The notes: generated from the sequence alone by a model not told the origin. 64,000 bases of DNA from an uncultured Chthonomonadaceae bacterium (GCA_963817895.1 CAWFQB010000004.1:864001-928000); one strand, 5' to 3'; counted from the stretch's first letter, positions 23,513-35,160 are shown. Numbers and translations are program-made.

Positions 23513-26500
23513 ATGCCTTCTGGCAAGAGTTTTTATGCGCGTGTGTCTGCGAGTGTCCTTGTTGCCTCACGTCGCCTGCTTCTGCTGACCCTGTTGGTTA
23601 TGACTGTTTTCATCGTCAGCGGCGGGCGCGGAAGTTGTGCCGACGTACCCCCAAAGTTTCAGGAGGCGTATAAAAAGTTCAGCAGTCAGGTTTCCACCGC
23701 CAATTTGCGGTCTACGGTCAACGCGCTGTCCGGTTTCGGCTCCCGCATTGCCGGCTATCCCGGCGACAAACAGCGGCGGATTACGTTTCGCAGCAGTTGC
23801 AATCCCTCGGCCTGCAAAACTTCCAGACGGATACCTTCGCCGTCACCGTTCCTTACGACCTCAGCGTAGACAATCCGGCAGAGGGCGCATTTGCCCAAAT
23901 CGTGGAGGGAACAGGAACACCCAACACCCAACACCCAACACCCGACACCCCTCTCCGCATGTACCCGCTCTGGCCGAACCTTGTCCGCACTCCGACCCTG
24001 CCCGCCAATGGCCTGACAACCAAACTCATCTATGTCGGTGACGGCAAACTGCACAACTTCAACGGCAAGGATGTGGATGGCAGCGTTGTGATGGTGGATT
24101 TCAACTGCGCGGGGGAGTGGCTGAACGCGCCGCGATTGGGCGCGCGGGCCGTGATCTTTGTCGCGCCCAACAGCACCATGCGCGGCGAAGCGGAAGCCAA
24201 GTTCGTTTCGATCCCCATTGCAATACCCCGATTTTACATGACCAAGCAGGATGCCGCGCCTCTGCTTGCCGCCTGCGCGAGTGGTCAGCCCCCAACCGTG
24301 CGCCTGACCTGCAACATGCCGTGGAAAACGCGCTCCGCCCGCAACTTTGTGGGCGTGATACCCGGAACCGACCCCAAACTCAAAGACCAGATCATTGTCG
24401 TGCAGTCGTATTACGACTCGACAAGCGTTGTGCCGGCTCTGGCTCCCGGCGCGGATACGACGTGCGGGTTTGCCGCGATGTGCGAGATGATCCGCGCCTT
24501 CAAAGCCAATCCGCCCGCCCGCACCATGATGTTCGTGGCGACAAGCGCGCACTTTCAGGGACTTGCAGGGCATACGCGAGTACGTGGAAAAGCATATTGA
24601 CTCGTGGATGCCGTCCAGTTTCTTCAACCGCAAGGCCGAAACACCCCCGACCATTTACCTGTGGGCCGGGTTGGACATGACCAGCCAGACTCGCAGTTTC
24701 GGCATCTTTTATAAAGGATGGTTTTACGATTACCGCGAGGATATTCAGGGCCGGTTCAGCGACATTGCCCGCGTGTGTCGCGAAAACGCCGAAAAAGTGG
24801 GAACCACGCTCGGCTTCGATTCCAAACGCTATTTCAACGACGGCGTAAATCCGGTTGACGGCAAGAACTGGCGCAACTTCATTCCCGGCAAGCCCGCGTT
24901 CGACTCGGAAGCCGTCACGATGGCGGGCGGAAACGGCGTGACGTTTGCCAGCACGGATGACAGCCGCGCCCTTGTGGATACGCCCTTTGATACCGTAGAT
25001 AAAGTCAATATCGCCAATCTCGCGCAGCAGTGCCGTTTGCTCAACTGCTTGATGTGGCACATCGTCACGGATACGAACGCGCAGGGCGACATCAACGCGC
25101 AGCGGATGCCCATTACCGACCCATCCAAATGGTCGCGCATGGCGCTTCAGGGCGGTTTCGCCACCTTGCAAGGCCGCGTTCAGATGTTCAACCCCAAGAA
25201 ATCGTTCGTTGCCAACGCCGATCCAAAACTCGCCAACAGCCTTGTCGTCGTGCGTAACCGCAACAAGTCGTTTATGGGCGTTCGGGGCAACATGGTGCAG
25301 CGAACCCAATGGACGCTGCCCGACAGAATCGATTCCATACCACTCAACCCGGACGGTATGCCGTCCCGTACCAATGCGGACGGCGACGCGCTGGATCAGA
25401 AACAACAACCCGGTTCCCCCTTCCAACTTCTTCGCGTTTCACGGCGTCGCGCCCCTGACCGCTTACGGACAGAACAAGCCTGCCCGCTTAGGCGCGTACC
25501 ATCTGGATGACCGCGACAATATTCCCGACCAGACCGACCCGACCGGCAAGAAAACGCTCGTCAACAATCTGCGCGGCGAGATAGATTACGCGCCCGATTT
25601 AGGGACGCAGGGCGCGAAGTACATTCCGCTCGACGTGATGGTGACGACGGCTACCAAAGAAACGCCCGTTATCGTGTTCCGCTGCGTCCCGACCGCCATT
25701 TATGACCTTGTGGATCAGCAGTCGCTCCGCGCCCTGACTTCGGTTGACGTGTACGATGGCGAAAGCAACGGCGAACCGCGCATGTTCGGTTTTGCCATTG
25801 ACCCGCAGGACCCTTCGCTTGTCGGTTCGTATGTGGAAGACGTTGCCGTGCTGTTTTCGCAACCCGGCAGCCGCCTGAAAATCGCCATGAGCAGCGGACC
25901 GGGCGCGATACGCCTGCTCCTCGTCAACTCGCAGTACGACCCGTCCGACCCGTTCAACAAGCAGGGCAAATCGCCCAACCCGGATGGCATCGGCTACCTT
26001 GTCGCGGGCAACCCCAAAGACCAGCAGAACGCCGACCTGCTCGGCACGTCCGGCGATTTGAAGTACAACGAGGCGCAGGAGATTGCCCGTTCCGGCGCGA
26101 TTTACGATACGGCTCTGCACGTCGCCGAAGACATGTGGAAACTGGACGACGCCCGGATGCAGCGGCTGGCGAAGTACAAAATTCTGAACATGAACGGCAA
26201 GGAGGGCATCTCCGACCTGCACCGCAGCGCGATGAAGGCGATTGAGAACTCCTACAAAGCGCGTGACGCCAAAGATTGGGAACGCTTCGATTCCGAGTCC
26301 CGCGCCGCATGGGGCTACGAATCCCGCGCCTACCCGGACGTGCAGACAATGGCGCTGGATGTGGTCAAAGGCGTTATCTTCTACCTTGCCCTGCTGTTGC
26401 CGTTCGCGTATTTTATGGAACGCCTGCTGTTCGGCTTCTTCGACCTGAAGCGTCAATTAGGGGCTGCGTCGCTGATCTTTATCTTCATCTTCCTTGTGTT

Positions 26501-28443
26501 TTCGCAGATACACCCCGCGTTCGACATTCTGCAAAGCAGTCCGATGATCGTGCTGCTGGCCTTCATCATGCTGTCGCTGTCGTGCATCGTTATCGGCCTG
26601 ATTTCCGGTAAGTTTGAAGAGCAGTTGAAGCAGATGAACCAGAGTTCGGGCGGCGTTCACAAGGCCGACATCGGGCGCGTGTCCGTTGCGGTTGCGGCCT
26701 TTAACTTAGGCATCTCCAACATGCGGCGGCGCAAAGCCCGCACGTTCCTGACCTGCGCCACGCTCGTGCTGCTGACGTTCACAGTTCTGTCGTTTACGTC
26801 CGTCGTGCAATCGCTGCGCTTCAATCAGGTTCCCGCGCCCTCCGATCACGGCCCGCGCTACAACGGCATTATGATTCGCACCGCGCTGTGGGACCCCTTG
26901 CAGGAACCCGCGTACCGCCTGCTTGCCGACGAGTACGGACGCGACCACGCGGTTGCGCCCCGCGCATGGTTCTTCGGAACGCAAATGGGCGAGCAGTCGT
27001 TCCTCAACCTGAAACGCGCCGACAAATCCTACGACGCCAAAGCCCTGTGCGGCCTGTCCCCGGAAGAGGTGAAACTGACCCATCCCCAGGACGCGCTCGA
27101 ACCCGGCGGACGCTGGTTTATGCCCGGTGACACCTATGTTGTGATTCTCCCCGATACGATTGCCTCCGTCCTGCGCGTGGACAACAAGGACGTTGGCACG
27201 GCGAAAGTGACGTACAGCGGCGTGGAATACACGGTCATCGGGATTCTCAACTCGCAGAAACTCAAAGACCTTGCCGACCTTGACAATGAAATCATCACGC
27301 CCGTTGATTTCATCGCCATGAACAAGCAGAACCGGGGCGGCGGGGGCGGCGACACGGGTTTCAAAGAGTACACGCATCTGGAACCGGATCAGGTATTCTT
27401 TGTGCCGTACCAGACAGCGACAAATCTTGGCGGCGAACTGCGCTCCATCGCCATTGACTTCGGCAACCCAAAATCGGTATTGGAAGACCTGAAGCCCCTG
27501 ATGCACCGGCTTGGCCTGAACCTGTACGCGGGGCAGATTATCCAACCCGGAAATAGACGGGCCGACGCGGGGGCACATTGACCGCTTCTCGTCCATTGCG
27601 GCCACCAACTCGCACGGCATGGAACTGGTTTTCTTCCCGATTCTGATTGCCAGTATGATCGTTCTCAATACGATGCTCGGCTCCGTGTTCGAGCGCGTCA
27701 AGGAAATTCATATTTTCTCGTCCATCGGACTGGCCCCTTCGCACATCGGGATGTTGTTCATTGCCGAAGCGCTTGTGTATGCCATTCTCGGCTCCGTGCT
27801 TGGCTATCTGCTCGGCCAGTTCACCAGTAAAGTTCTCGTGTTCTTCGGCTGGCTGCCCGACCTGTACCTGAACTTTTCCAGCACGAGCGCGGTTATGACG
27901 ACGCTGATTGTGGTTGCGGTCGTGCTGTTGTCCACGCTTTACCCCGCCCGCAAAGCGGCGGAAGTGGCCTCTCCGACTTCGGACCGAACCTGGAAAGTGC
28001 CGGAACCGGACGGCGACCACTGGAAAGTTCCCCTGCCGTTCGCGGTTACAGGCGATCAGGCGGCGGGCATGAACAGCTTTTTGGGCGAGTGGTTCCGCGC
28101 CTATGAGGAATACAGCATCGGCGACTTTGTGACGCAGGGCGTTGTCAGTGAAACGTTCGACGCCGAGTACGGCATGGGATACCGCATCAAGAGCATGGCG
28201 TGGCTGGCTCCGTTCGATTTAGGCGTATCTCAGCGCGTGGCGATTGAAACTCTGCCCACGCCAACGACCGACGTATACGAAATTTTCCTGCTCATAGACC
28301 GCGAATCCGGCGACATCACCAATTGGAAGCGCGTCAACCGCCGCTTCTTGAACACCCTGCGCAAGCAGTTCCTGATCTGGCGCACACTAAAGCAATCCGA
28401 CCGTGACCGCTACGTTCATCAGGAAGAGACGACAGTGGCTTAA
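23513..28443 (+). CDS. Very large membrane protein: PA plus degenerate M28-like domain and FtsX/MacB-type permease segments (about 4 frameshifts)
   Basis: ORFs 23465, 23797, 24563, 25209 and 27619 join into about 1640 aa. GSRIAGYPG, NFVGVIPG, YYDS...APGAD; LGISNMRRRKART..T and VFERVKEIHIFSSIGL.P (FtsX) motifs. Confidence 0.75.
23916..23950 (+). repeat. In-frame (AACACCC)n heptamer array
   Basis: AACACCC x4 plus GACACCC; encodes TPNTQHPTPDTP. Confidence 0.8.
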
Positions 28444-28460
28444 AGGCTGCAATCCAATAG

Positions 28461-28509
28461 GCCGGGTATTGAAAATACCCGGCAGGAAAGCGCAAACGTC
28501 CTAGGGACG
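28461..28509. repeat. Two-hairpin REP-like element
   Basis: GCCGGGTATT-GAA-AATACCCGGC followed by CGTCC-TAG-GGACG; same layout as the elements at 33333-33512. Confidence 0.6.
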
Positions 28510-28667
28510 CGAATTCATGCTTATTGTGATAGGCTCTAAAAGGCCGCAACTCAATATTTCTCAGCAACCTACGCGCTGCTTCTCACGCCGCCTGCGTTGC
28601 GCAGGCCACTCAGAAGCGGACATCAACCCATAGTTTGATCGTGACGCGGGATGAGAAGGAGAACGAC

Positions 28668-29081
28668 ATGAACGATGGTGGAGGACTCATAGGAAGTTTG
28701 CTCGGTTTGGGCATCATTGGGGCGATACTTGCGGTTGTGTTGATAATTTTTGTGGGACTGGTCATTGTTTTCGGCCTCCCTCAGCATACCTGCGCTCAGA
28801 AGTTGGGCCATAGCAAACCCTGGATGGCTTTTCTGCCGATTGCGCATGTGGTTCAACTGTTTAATCTCGCGGATCTGTCCGGTTGGCTGGTACTGCTTGG
28901 CTTTGTACCCGTCATAGGATGGATAGCCATCGTGTTGCTTGCCATCTATTCATGGATGAAAATCGCGGAGAAAATAGGACATCCGGGTTGGCTGGCAATT
29001 CTGATGATAATACCAATACTTGGCATCGTCATTCCGTTCTATATCGCGTATGGCACTCCTACGGAAGCGCAGCGCTACTAA
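28668..29081 (+). CDS. Small membrane protein (DUF5684-like)
   Basis: AAGGAG RBS; duplicated K.GH..W.A..P pattern; four to five TM helices. Confidence 0.7.
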   Translation: MNDGGGLIGSLLGLGIIGAILAVVLIIFVGLVIVFGLPQHTCAQKLGHSKPWMAFLPIAHVVQLFNLADLSGWLVLLGFVPVIGWIAIVLLAIYSWMKIAEKIGHPGWLAILMIIPILGIVIPFYIAYGTPTEAQRY

Positions 29082-29135
29082 AGAGCGTTTTTCGCAACGC
29101 TGTTCGTGTGTTGAAAACACCCGGAGCCGCAATAT

Positions 29136-30290
29136 ATGAGTATTCTGTCACGTTCCTTGCTAATGTTATTCCTGCTGCCACTGCCGGCTATATCTCACGC
29201 CGACAAAGCGGGCGACGCGCTGCTGCAAAAGTGCTTTGAGGCGACAACCAACGCTTCCACACTGGAGGCCGCGTTTACGCATCAGCATAAGGAAAAGGGG
29301 CAGATGCAAACTCAAACCGGAACATTGCTGCTGCAAAAGCCCAATCGGGCGCATATTGTCGTCAACAGCCGCAAGGGGCAGGGCAGTAACATCGTTATCA
29401 ACTCGGACGGCAGCAAGTTCACCACATACACGTATGCGGACAACGCTTTCGCGCAGGAACCGTCCGACCCGAGCGGCGGCAATGTCGCCCGCAACAACAT
29501 CAACGAAACGAAAATTTTCTTTTTTCCCGATTACCTGAACCGCCTGCGCTCCATGGCAACGGGGGCGCGTATTACCGGGGCCGTATCCGTCGGCAACACG
29601 ACCTGTAAAACGCTGGAAATTGCTGGCCTGCCGCAAAAACTGAAATTGTACGTGGGCAGTGACGGCATTATTCGGGGTATGTTGGTGGAAGGCGCGGATT
29701 TCCGCGATGAAACGCATCTGACGGACGTGAAAATCGGCGCAAGTTTAACGCAAACCGCCTTCAACTGGAAACCGCCCAAAGGCGCGAAAACAGTAGCGCA
29801 GGTCGCGGCCAGCGAAGCCGCGCAGGAACAGGCGGCGGCGCAGGGAAGGCAAGCCGTATCCCTCCTGCCTGTCGGCAAAACCGCGCCGGACTTTACGCTT
29901 CCTCTGGCAACGGGCGGCACGCTGACGCTTTCACAGGAACTGAAGAAGAACAAAGTAACCCTTGTCAACTTCTGGGCATTGTTTTGCGGGCCATGCCGCG
30001 AAGAGTTGCCCCACTTGAGCAAAATGGCGGCGCAGTACCACAGTCAGGGGTTCAATGTCGTATCCGTCAATACGGCGGGAGACACGCCACAGGCGATCAC
30101 CAAAATGTTCGGGGAAAAGCAGATCAATCTGCGCTCCCTCATAGACAAAGGCAGCGTATCGGGAAAGTACGGCATTCAGGCCATCCCGACCAACTACGTG
30201 CTGGACCCGAACGGCAAAATTTTAGCGACGTTTGAAGGTTTTGATGAGAACGGTATTCGGCAGGCGCTGGCAAAGGCCGGAATAAAGTAG
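29136..30290 (+). CDS. Secreted LolA-like domain fused to a TlpA/redoxin domain
   Basis: Signal peptide; G.LLLQKPN, NSDGSK..TY, F.WKPPKGA; APDFTL, NFWALFCGPC, IPTNYVLD. Confidence 0.85.
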   Translation: MSILSRSLLMLFLLPLPAISHADKAGDALLQKCFEATTNASTLEAAFTHQHKEKGQMQTQTGTLLLQKPNRAHIVVNSRKGQGSNIVINSDGSKFTTYTYADNAFAQEPSDPSGGNVARNNINETKIFFFPDYLNRLRSMATGARITGAVSVGNTTCKTLEIAGLPQKLKLYVGSDGIIRGMLVEGADFRDETHLTDVKIGASLTQTAFNWKPPKGAKTVAQVAASEAAQEQAAAQGRQAVSLLPVGKTAPDFTLPLATGGTLTLSQELKKNKVTLVNFWALFCGPCREELPHLSKMAAQYHSQGFNVVSVNTAGDTPQAITKMFGEKQINLRSLIDKGSVSGKYGIQAIPTNYVLDPNGKILATFEGFDENGIRQALAKAGIK

Positions 30291-30397
30291 GGAGTGGGGA
30301 GTGGGGAGTAGGGGAGCCTTGTTTGCGGATTGCGTTGTAGCAAAACCCGCAAAACTTTGTGTCAAGGCTACTCTCTACCCCCTACTTCCTACTCCCC
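30287..30397. repeat. Intergenic heptamer-repeat hairpin (GGGAGTR / CTACTCC)
   Basis: G-rich left arm containing the upstream TAG stop; C-rich right arm just before the next start. Confidence 0.85.
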
Positions 30398-30400
30398 GGA

Positions 30401-32464
30401 ATGGAGCAGGGAGTGGCGGAAGGAAGTGAGATTGCGCAAATACGCCAGCAGGTAGAAGCCGAAACCCGCGAGGAGGGCGATACCGGGCAGACGATGCAGT
30501 TCGAGGAGGGCTTCAGTGGCAAAACCGTCATTGGCGCGCTCTTCGTGGCGTTCATCATGTTGCCGGGCGCGTTGTACCTGGGACTGGTGGCGGGGCAGGG
30601 GCTTGGTCCCGCTGCGGAGTGGGTCACGATAGTTCTGTTTGCCGAAATCATGCGGCGGTCGTTTTTGCCGCTGAAACGGCAGGAAATCTATCTGCTCTAC
30701 TACATCGCGGCGGGCCTGACCGGGCTGGAAGCCAGCAAGGGTATTTCGGGCGGGCCGTTCGGCTCCCTGATCTGGAACCAATACTTTGTTACGTCGCCAC
30801 AGGCGGGGCTTGTCGCCAGAGACATCCCGCACTGGGTCGTTCCGCCTGCCACGTCTATCGCGCTACAGCAGCGCACGTTTCTGCACGGCGACTGGTTCTG
30901 GCCCATCATGCTTCTTCTTTTAGGAGAGGTATTGGGACGGTTGAACTGGATGAGTTCCGGTTACTTTTTGTTTCGCGTCACCTCCGACATTGAGAAACTT
31001 CCGTTTCCCATGGCCCCGGTTGCGGCTTCGGGCGCGACGGCCCTTGCGGAAGCGGCCAGTAAGGAAGAGTCGTGGCGCTGGCGCGTGTTCTCCATCGGCA
31101 GCGTTATCGGCCTGATCTTCGGCTTTTTCTACATTGCTATCCCCGTTTTTACGGGCGTCGTGTTCAACAAAGCCTTTACCCTGATTCCGATTCCGTTCTT
31201 CGATCTGACCACGAATACGGAGAGCATCCTTCCGGGCGCGGTTGTGGGCATATCTGGCGACTTGACCAAAGTGCTGACGGGCTTCATCATTCCGTACCAC
31301 ATCGTTCAGGGTTCGCTGATAGGTTCCATTCTGTGTAAAATCGTCCTCGCGCCGTTCCTGCAAAAAGCGGGCGCGTTCGGCACGTCCGAATCCAACGGCT
31401 GGACTCCGGGCATGGACGCCCTGTACACGCAGCAGGCCACCAATATTAAGTTCTGGTTGTCGGTCGGTATCGGCTTGCAGGTCGCCATTGCGATAATCGG
31501 CTTTTACAGCGTGTTCCAGTCCATCGGCGCGTTACGGCGCGAAGCGCGGGATCGGGGCCTGATGCTGAAAGTGCCAAAAGGACGCGGCGATGTGAAATTG
31601 GGTATTCCGCTCGTCATCTGGCTGTCCATCACGATTTTTTACATCGGACTGTGCAAGGTGATGCTCAACATACAGGGCGCGGCGCATCCGGGTGAAAACC
31701 ATAACTTCCCGCTGTGGATACTGATCTTCTATGGCCTGATTTGGTCGCCCGTGAACAGCTACGTATCGGCTCGTATGATCGGTCTGACGGGTTCGGGCGT
31801 GTCGTTCCCGTACCTCAAGGAAGTCTCGATTATGAAATCGGGCTACCAGTACGTGGACATATGGTACGTCCCAATTCCTCTCAACGATTACGGTGCGTTC
31901 GCGCAGCGTTTCCGCGAATTTGAACTGACGGGAACCAAGTTCGGCAGCATCGTCAAAGCTGAATTCTTGATGTTCTTCGTGATCACGGGAGCCAGTTTCG
32001 TGTTCTGGGCGTTCTTCTGGCATTCCAGCCAGATACCCTCCTCGCAGCACCCTTACGCCGCGAAGTTCTGGCCCATCAGCGCGACATTCCAGGCGCTCTG
32101 GAATACGGTCAACAAGCAGCAGGGCGGCATTACGTGGGTCAAGGAGGCCATCAACTTCAACCGTGTGGCGGGCGGCGTGGTTGCTGGATTAGGCGTATAC
32201 GCCGTGTTCAGTTTCTTCAAGTGGCCGGTATTATTGTTCTACGGCTTCATCGGGGGCACGGGAGCCTTGCCGCATGACGTGATTCCGACCTTCATCGGCG
32301 CATGGCTCGGACGCAAGTACTTCTCGAAACGCTTCGGACTGGATAACTGGCGCATGTACACGCCGGTATTGCTGGCTGGTTTCGCCTGCGGCACGGGCCT
32401 GATTGCGATGGCGTCCATTGCGCTTGCCCTGATCGCTAAATCCGTCAACTATCTGCCGTTCTAA
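30401..32464 (+). CDS. OPT-like (oligopeptide transporter superfamily) polytopic membrane protein
   Basis: FEEGF...T.IGA.F, WVT..LF.E, DIEKLPFPMA motifs; about 14-16 TM segments; start ATG 30401 or GTG 30413. Confidence 0.7.
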   Translation: MEQGVAEGSEIAQIRQQVEAETREEGDTGQTMQFEEGFSGKTVIGALFVAFIMLPGALYLGLVAGQGLGPAAEWVTIVLFAEIMRRSFLPLKRQEIYLLYYIAAGLTGLEASKGISGGPFGSLIWNQYFVTSPQAGLVARDIPHWVVPPATSIALQQRTFLHGDWFWPIMLLLLGEVLGRLNWMSSGYFLFRVTSDIEKLPFPMAPVAASGATALAEAASKEESWRWRVFSIGSVIGLIFGFFYIAIPVFTGVVFNKAFTLIPIPFFDLTTNTESILPGAVVGISGDLTKVLTGFIIPYHIVQGSLIGSILCKIVLAPFLQKAGAFGTSESNGWTPGMDALYTQQATNIKFWLSVGIGLQVAIAIIGFYSVFQSIGALRREARDRGLMLKVPKGRGDVKLGIPLVIWLSITIFYIGLCKVMLNIQGAAHPGENHNFPLWILIFYGLIWSPVNSYVSARMIGLTGSGVSFPYLKEVSIMKSGYQYVDIWYVPIPLNDYGAFAQRFREFELTGTKFGSIVKAEFLMFFVITGASFVFWAFFWHSSQIPSSQHPYAAKFWPISATFQALWNTVNKQQGGITWVKEAINFNRVAGGVVAGLGVYAVFSFFKWPVLLFYGFIGGTGALPHDVIPTFIGAWLGRKYFSKRFGLDNWRMYTPVLLAGFACGTGLIAMASIALALIAKSVNYLPF

Positions 32465-32489
32465 CTGGTGTCCGTGCTTTGTAAGAAAT

Positions 32490-33322
32490 ATGGCTGCTAC
32501 ATACATCAATCTTGCTGCTGGCGTATTAATAGGCATTGCCCTGCTTCTATTCGTCGTTGGGTTTACCATTGGGAGGAGCGCAGCATCAAAGGGTGACGCG
32601 GTTGTCACTATACTGGCTGTTTTGATATTGTGTGGATTGGTTTTTGGGTTGTTCAAACTGCCCGTAAGCGGGCCGCTGATTATCCGGCTGATCCTGGCAT
32701 TGATTGTAGAAACTGAAGGCGCGCTGATAGCCGGGTTTTTGTCAGGCGCGTACTTGCGCCGCCAGAACCTCCCTTATGCCAAGAAGATGCTGTGTATGCT
32801 GGGTATACCAGTTATGCTTGCTGTCGGCTACCAGATCTCTTAATTTGAAAGCCGTAGCAGAAACTCTGGAAACAGCAGGCGTTCTCAAACCGCGTGACGA
32901 TTACAAGCCGGAAACCAACAAAACCTGCCCGGAAAACCTGAAAGGCCTGTACTACGCCTTTGCGCAGTATGCGGAACTCAACGACTCGCTGCCGCCCGCC
33001 GACAAGTGGGAAGAAAACACGGATTTCACGTCGCGGGTTCCGCAGGATGCGTGGCTGCATTGCCCGGTTGTCTCTAATGGACACGATGACAAATTCGGCT
33101 ACGCATACAACGCCGCGCTTAGCGGCAAAAAGCTCAACTTGAACGGCAAGCCGTTGAATACATTCCCGAATGCCGCCAAAACGCCGCTGTTATACGAACT
33201 CGACAAATCTGAACAAGAACGCGCAGGATGGGGTCGCCAGTCTGCCTAAACCGGGACGACACGGCGGACGCAATAACATTCTGTATTTGGATGGACACGT
33301 AGAGGCCGTCGCGCCGAAGTGA
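32490..33322 (+). CDS. Membrane-anchored protein with a C-terminal H-X9-DG motif (frameshifted twice)
   Basis: Four N-terminal TM helices; C..NLK.L..A..QY, LHCP, GYAYN; tail RHGGRNNILYLDGHV before TGA 33320-33322. Confidence 0.65.
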
Positions 33323-33332
33323 TACAATTATT

Positions 33333-33512
33333 GACCGGCTTATGAAAAGCCGGTTGGAATGGCCTGCGGCCAGTTGTCCTGCGGACAATTCCTATGTACG
33401 AGTTCGACTACGCCGAATAAAATTTTAGATTGAAGCACAACACTATGGGCGCGGACTCGTCCGCAGGACGACCGGCGGAACGCCAAAGGAACCGGCTTTT
33501 TATAAGCCGGTT
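33333..33512. repeat. Inverted pair of two-hairpin REP-like elements
   Basis: ACCGGCTTATGAAAAGCCGGTT...TTGTCCTGCGGACAA on the left is mirrored by TCGTCCGCAGGACGA...AACCGGCTTTTTATAAGCCGGTT on the right. Confidence 0.7.
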
Positions 33513-33528
33513 CAAGCGCAAAATAAAT

Positions 33529-34642
33529 ATGCCTTCTGAACTGCAAACAAAACCGAACAAAGTTGCCGCGCCGCGCCGTAAAAACAGCGAAACGGAAGAA
33601 TCCACACAGCCAACCTCCATTGGCTGGCAGGGGATTCGCTTTGTGCTGCCGCCCGATTGGAATCTGACCGGATTTTCGATGGATCGCGAAAACGGCTACC
33701 TGCGCGTGGACGCCCCCGGCAACTCGACGCTGACGGTTCAGGTGCGCTGGCTCAATGCTTCCAACCCGGATCAGAACAACACCATAACAGCCTACACGAT
33801 CATCGCGCCGTTTGTCCGGCACTGGCTGAAGCGTTCCGCCCCCATCGGCCCGACCTCAAAACTGAACTTGAGCGGCAATCTGGAGCGCATCCTTAAAGAG
33901 ACGGAAAAGCAGGCCAAAAAAGCCAAAGCCACCTTTGACAGCACAATCAAGCCGGAGAAAACCGAAGGCAAGGACGGCGAACGGTCAGCGATACATTTCT
34001 CATGGACGGGCGAGGGACGGGCGCAGGGCAAAATCTGGCACTGCAAAACGTGTGACCGCGTGGTGGTGGCGCAGGTTATCGGCATGGCGAAAGACCAGAG
34101 CGCGATAGCCAATATCGCGTCGCGTCTGTTCGCCACGTTTCAAGACCATGCCATAGACGGCTATGACCGTTGGGCGTTGTACGACCTGCAAATGGACGTG
34201 CCGGAGCGATTTCCGATTGCAGGAGCAAAAACTGCTGTCCGGGCATCTGCATCTGGAATGGGCGCGGGGTGGGGAACGGATCGTGCTGGATCGCTGGGGA
34301 CTGGCGAACATGCTGCTGAAAAAATTTTCGCTTGGCGACTGGTTCCGCAACAACGCCCTGGTTTCCGTGCAAAGCCCTGACGCGCGACGACGCGCATACC
34401 GTTCATGGTCACGAAAGCCTGCGCTATTTAGGCGGATTGCCGCTGATGAGCAAACTGCAAGCCCTGCGCGACTCGCAAAGTGTCTCTGAAGCGTTTCCCG
34501 ACGCGCTACGAGGGCGGCATCTGGAACTGCGCCGACTTCCAACAAAATCTACGCCGTGCAGATGCTGCATCAAAAGCAGACGGTTGGACTGTGGGAAGAT
34601 ATTGTCAGTCGCTGCGTTTGCCACCGTCCGAACAAACAATAA
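33529..34642 (+). CDS. Hypothetical protein with an internal duplicated domain (several frameshifts)
   Basis: GWQGIRFVLP.DW...WHCKTCDR...FQDH and WALYDL..DVP...WNC..SNKIY...CVCH halves, reconstructed across frames. Confidence 0.55.
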
Positions 34643-34700
34643 TCAGAGCCACAAGATGAGATTGTGTCCAACATTGAACAGGAAAGTTTGACAACGTAAC

Positions 34701-35160
34701 ATGATCGCGCCGCTGAAAACAAAACTCTATTATGGCCTGGGCAAGTACCTGCCGTTTCTGAAACTCCGCCCGCCGGAAGTGGATCGAGCGGCAACCCTGC
34801 GTCTGCGTCCCCTGCGCCATCCAACCCTCACTTCCGAAAAGCGTGAGAGTGGCGAAACGATACTGATCGTGCCGCAAAATGATGAGGTAAGCCGCATTAC
34901 GCGAACGATGGCGCGTTGGCTGCGCGTGCCCACCGAGCGCAAAGTGGAACTGGATGAGGTGGGCGGCTTTGTGTGGGAATTGTGCGACGGCAGCCACACC
35001 ATTGAATCCGTCGTGCAGAAAACAAGCCGGCACTATAAGATGAACCGCCGCGAAGCGGAAGTATCCGTCACCATGTTCCTGCAAATGCTGCACGAGCGCA
35101 AGTTCATCGGCTTTTACAAAAAAGAAAAAGCGGACAAAGAAAATCGCAAAGAGAATAGTT
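34701..35160 (+). CDS. PqqD family (RiPP recognition element-like) protein; 3' end uncertain
   Basis: ELDEVG.FVWELCDG..TIE.VV...EAEVSV..FL..L..R.FI signature. Confidence 0.8.
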
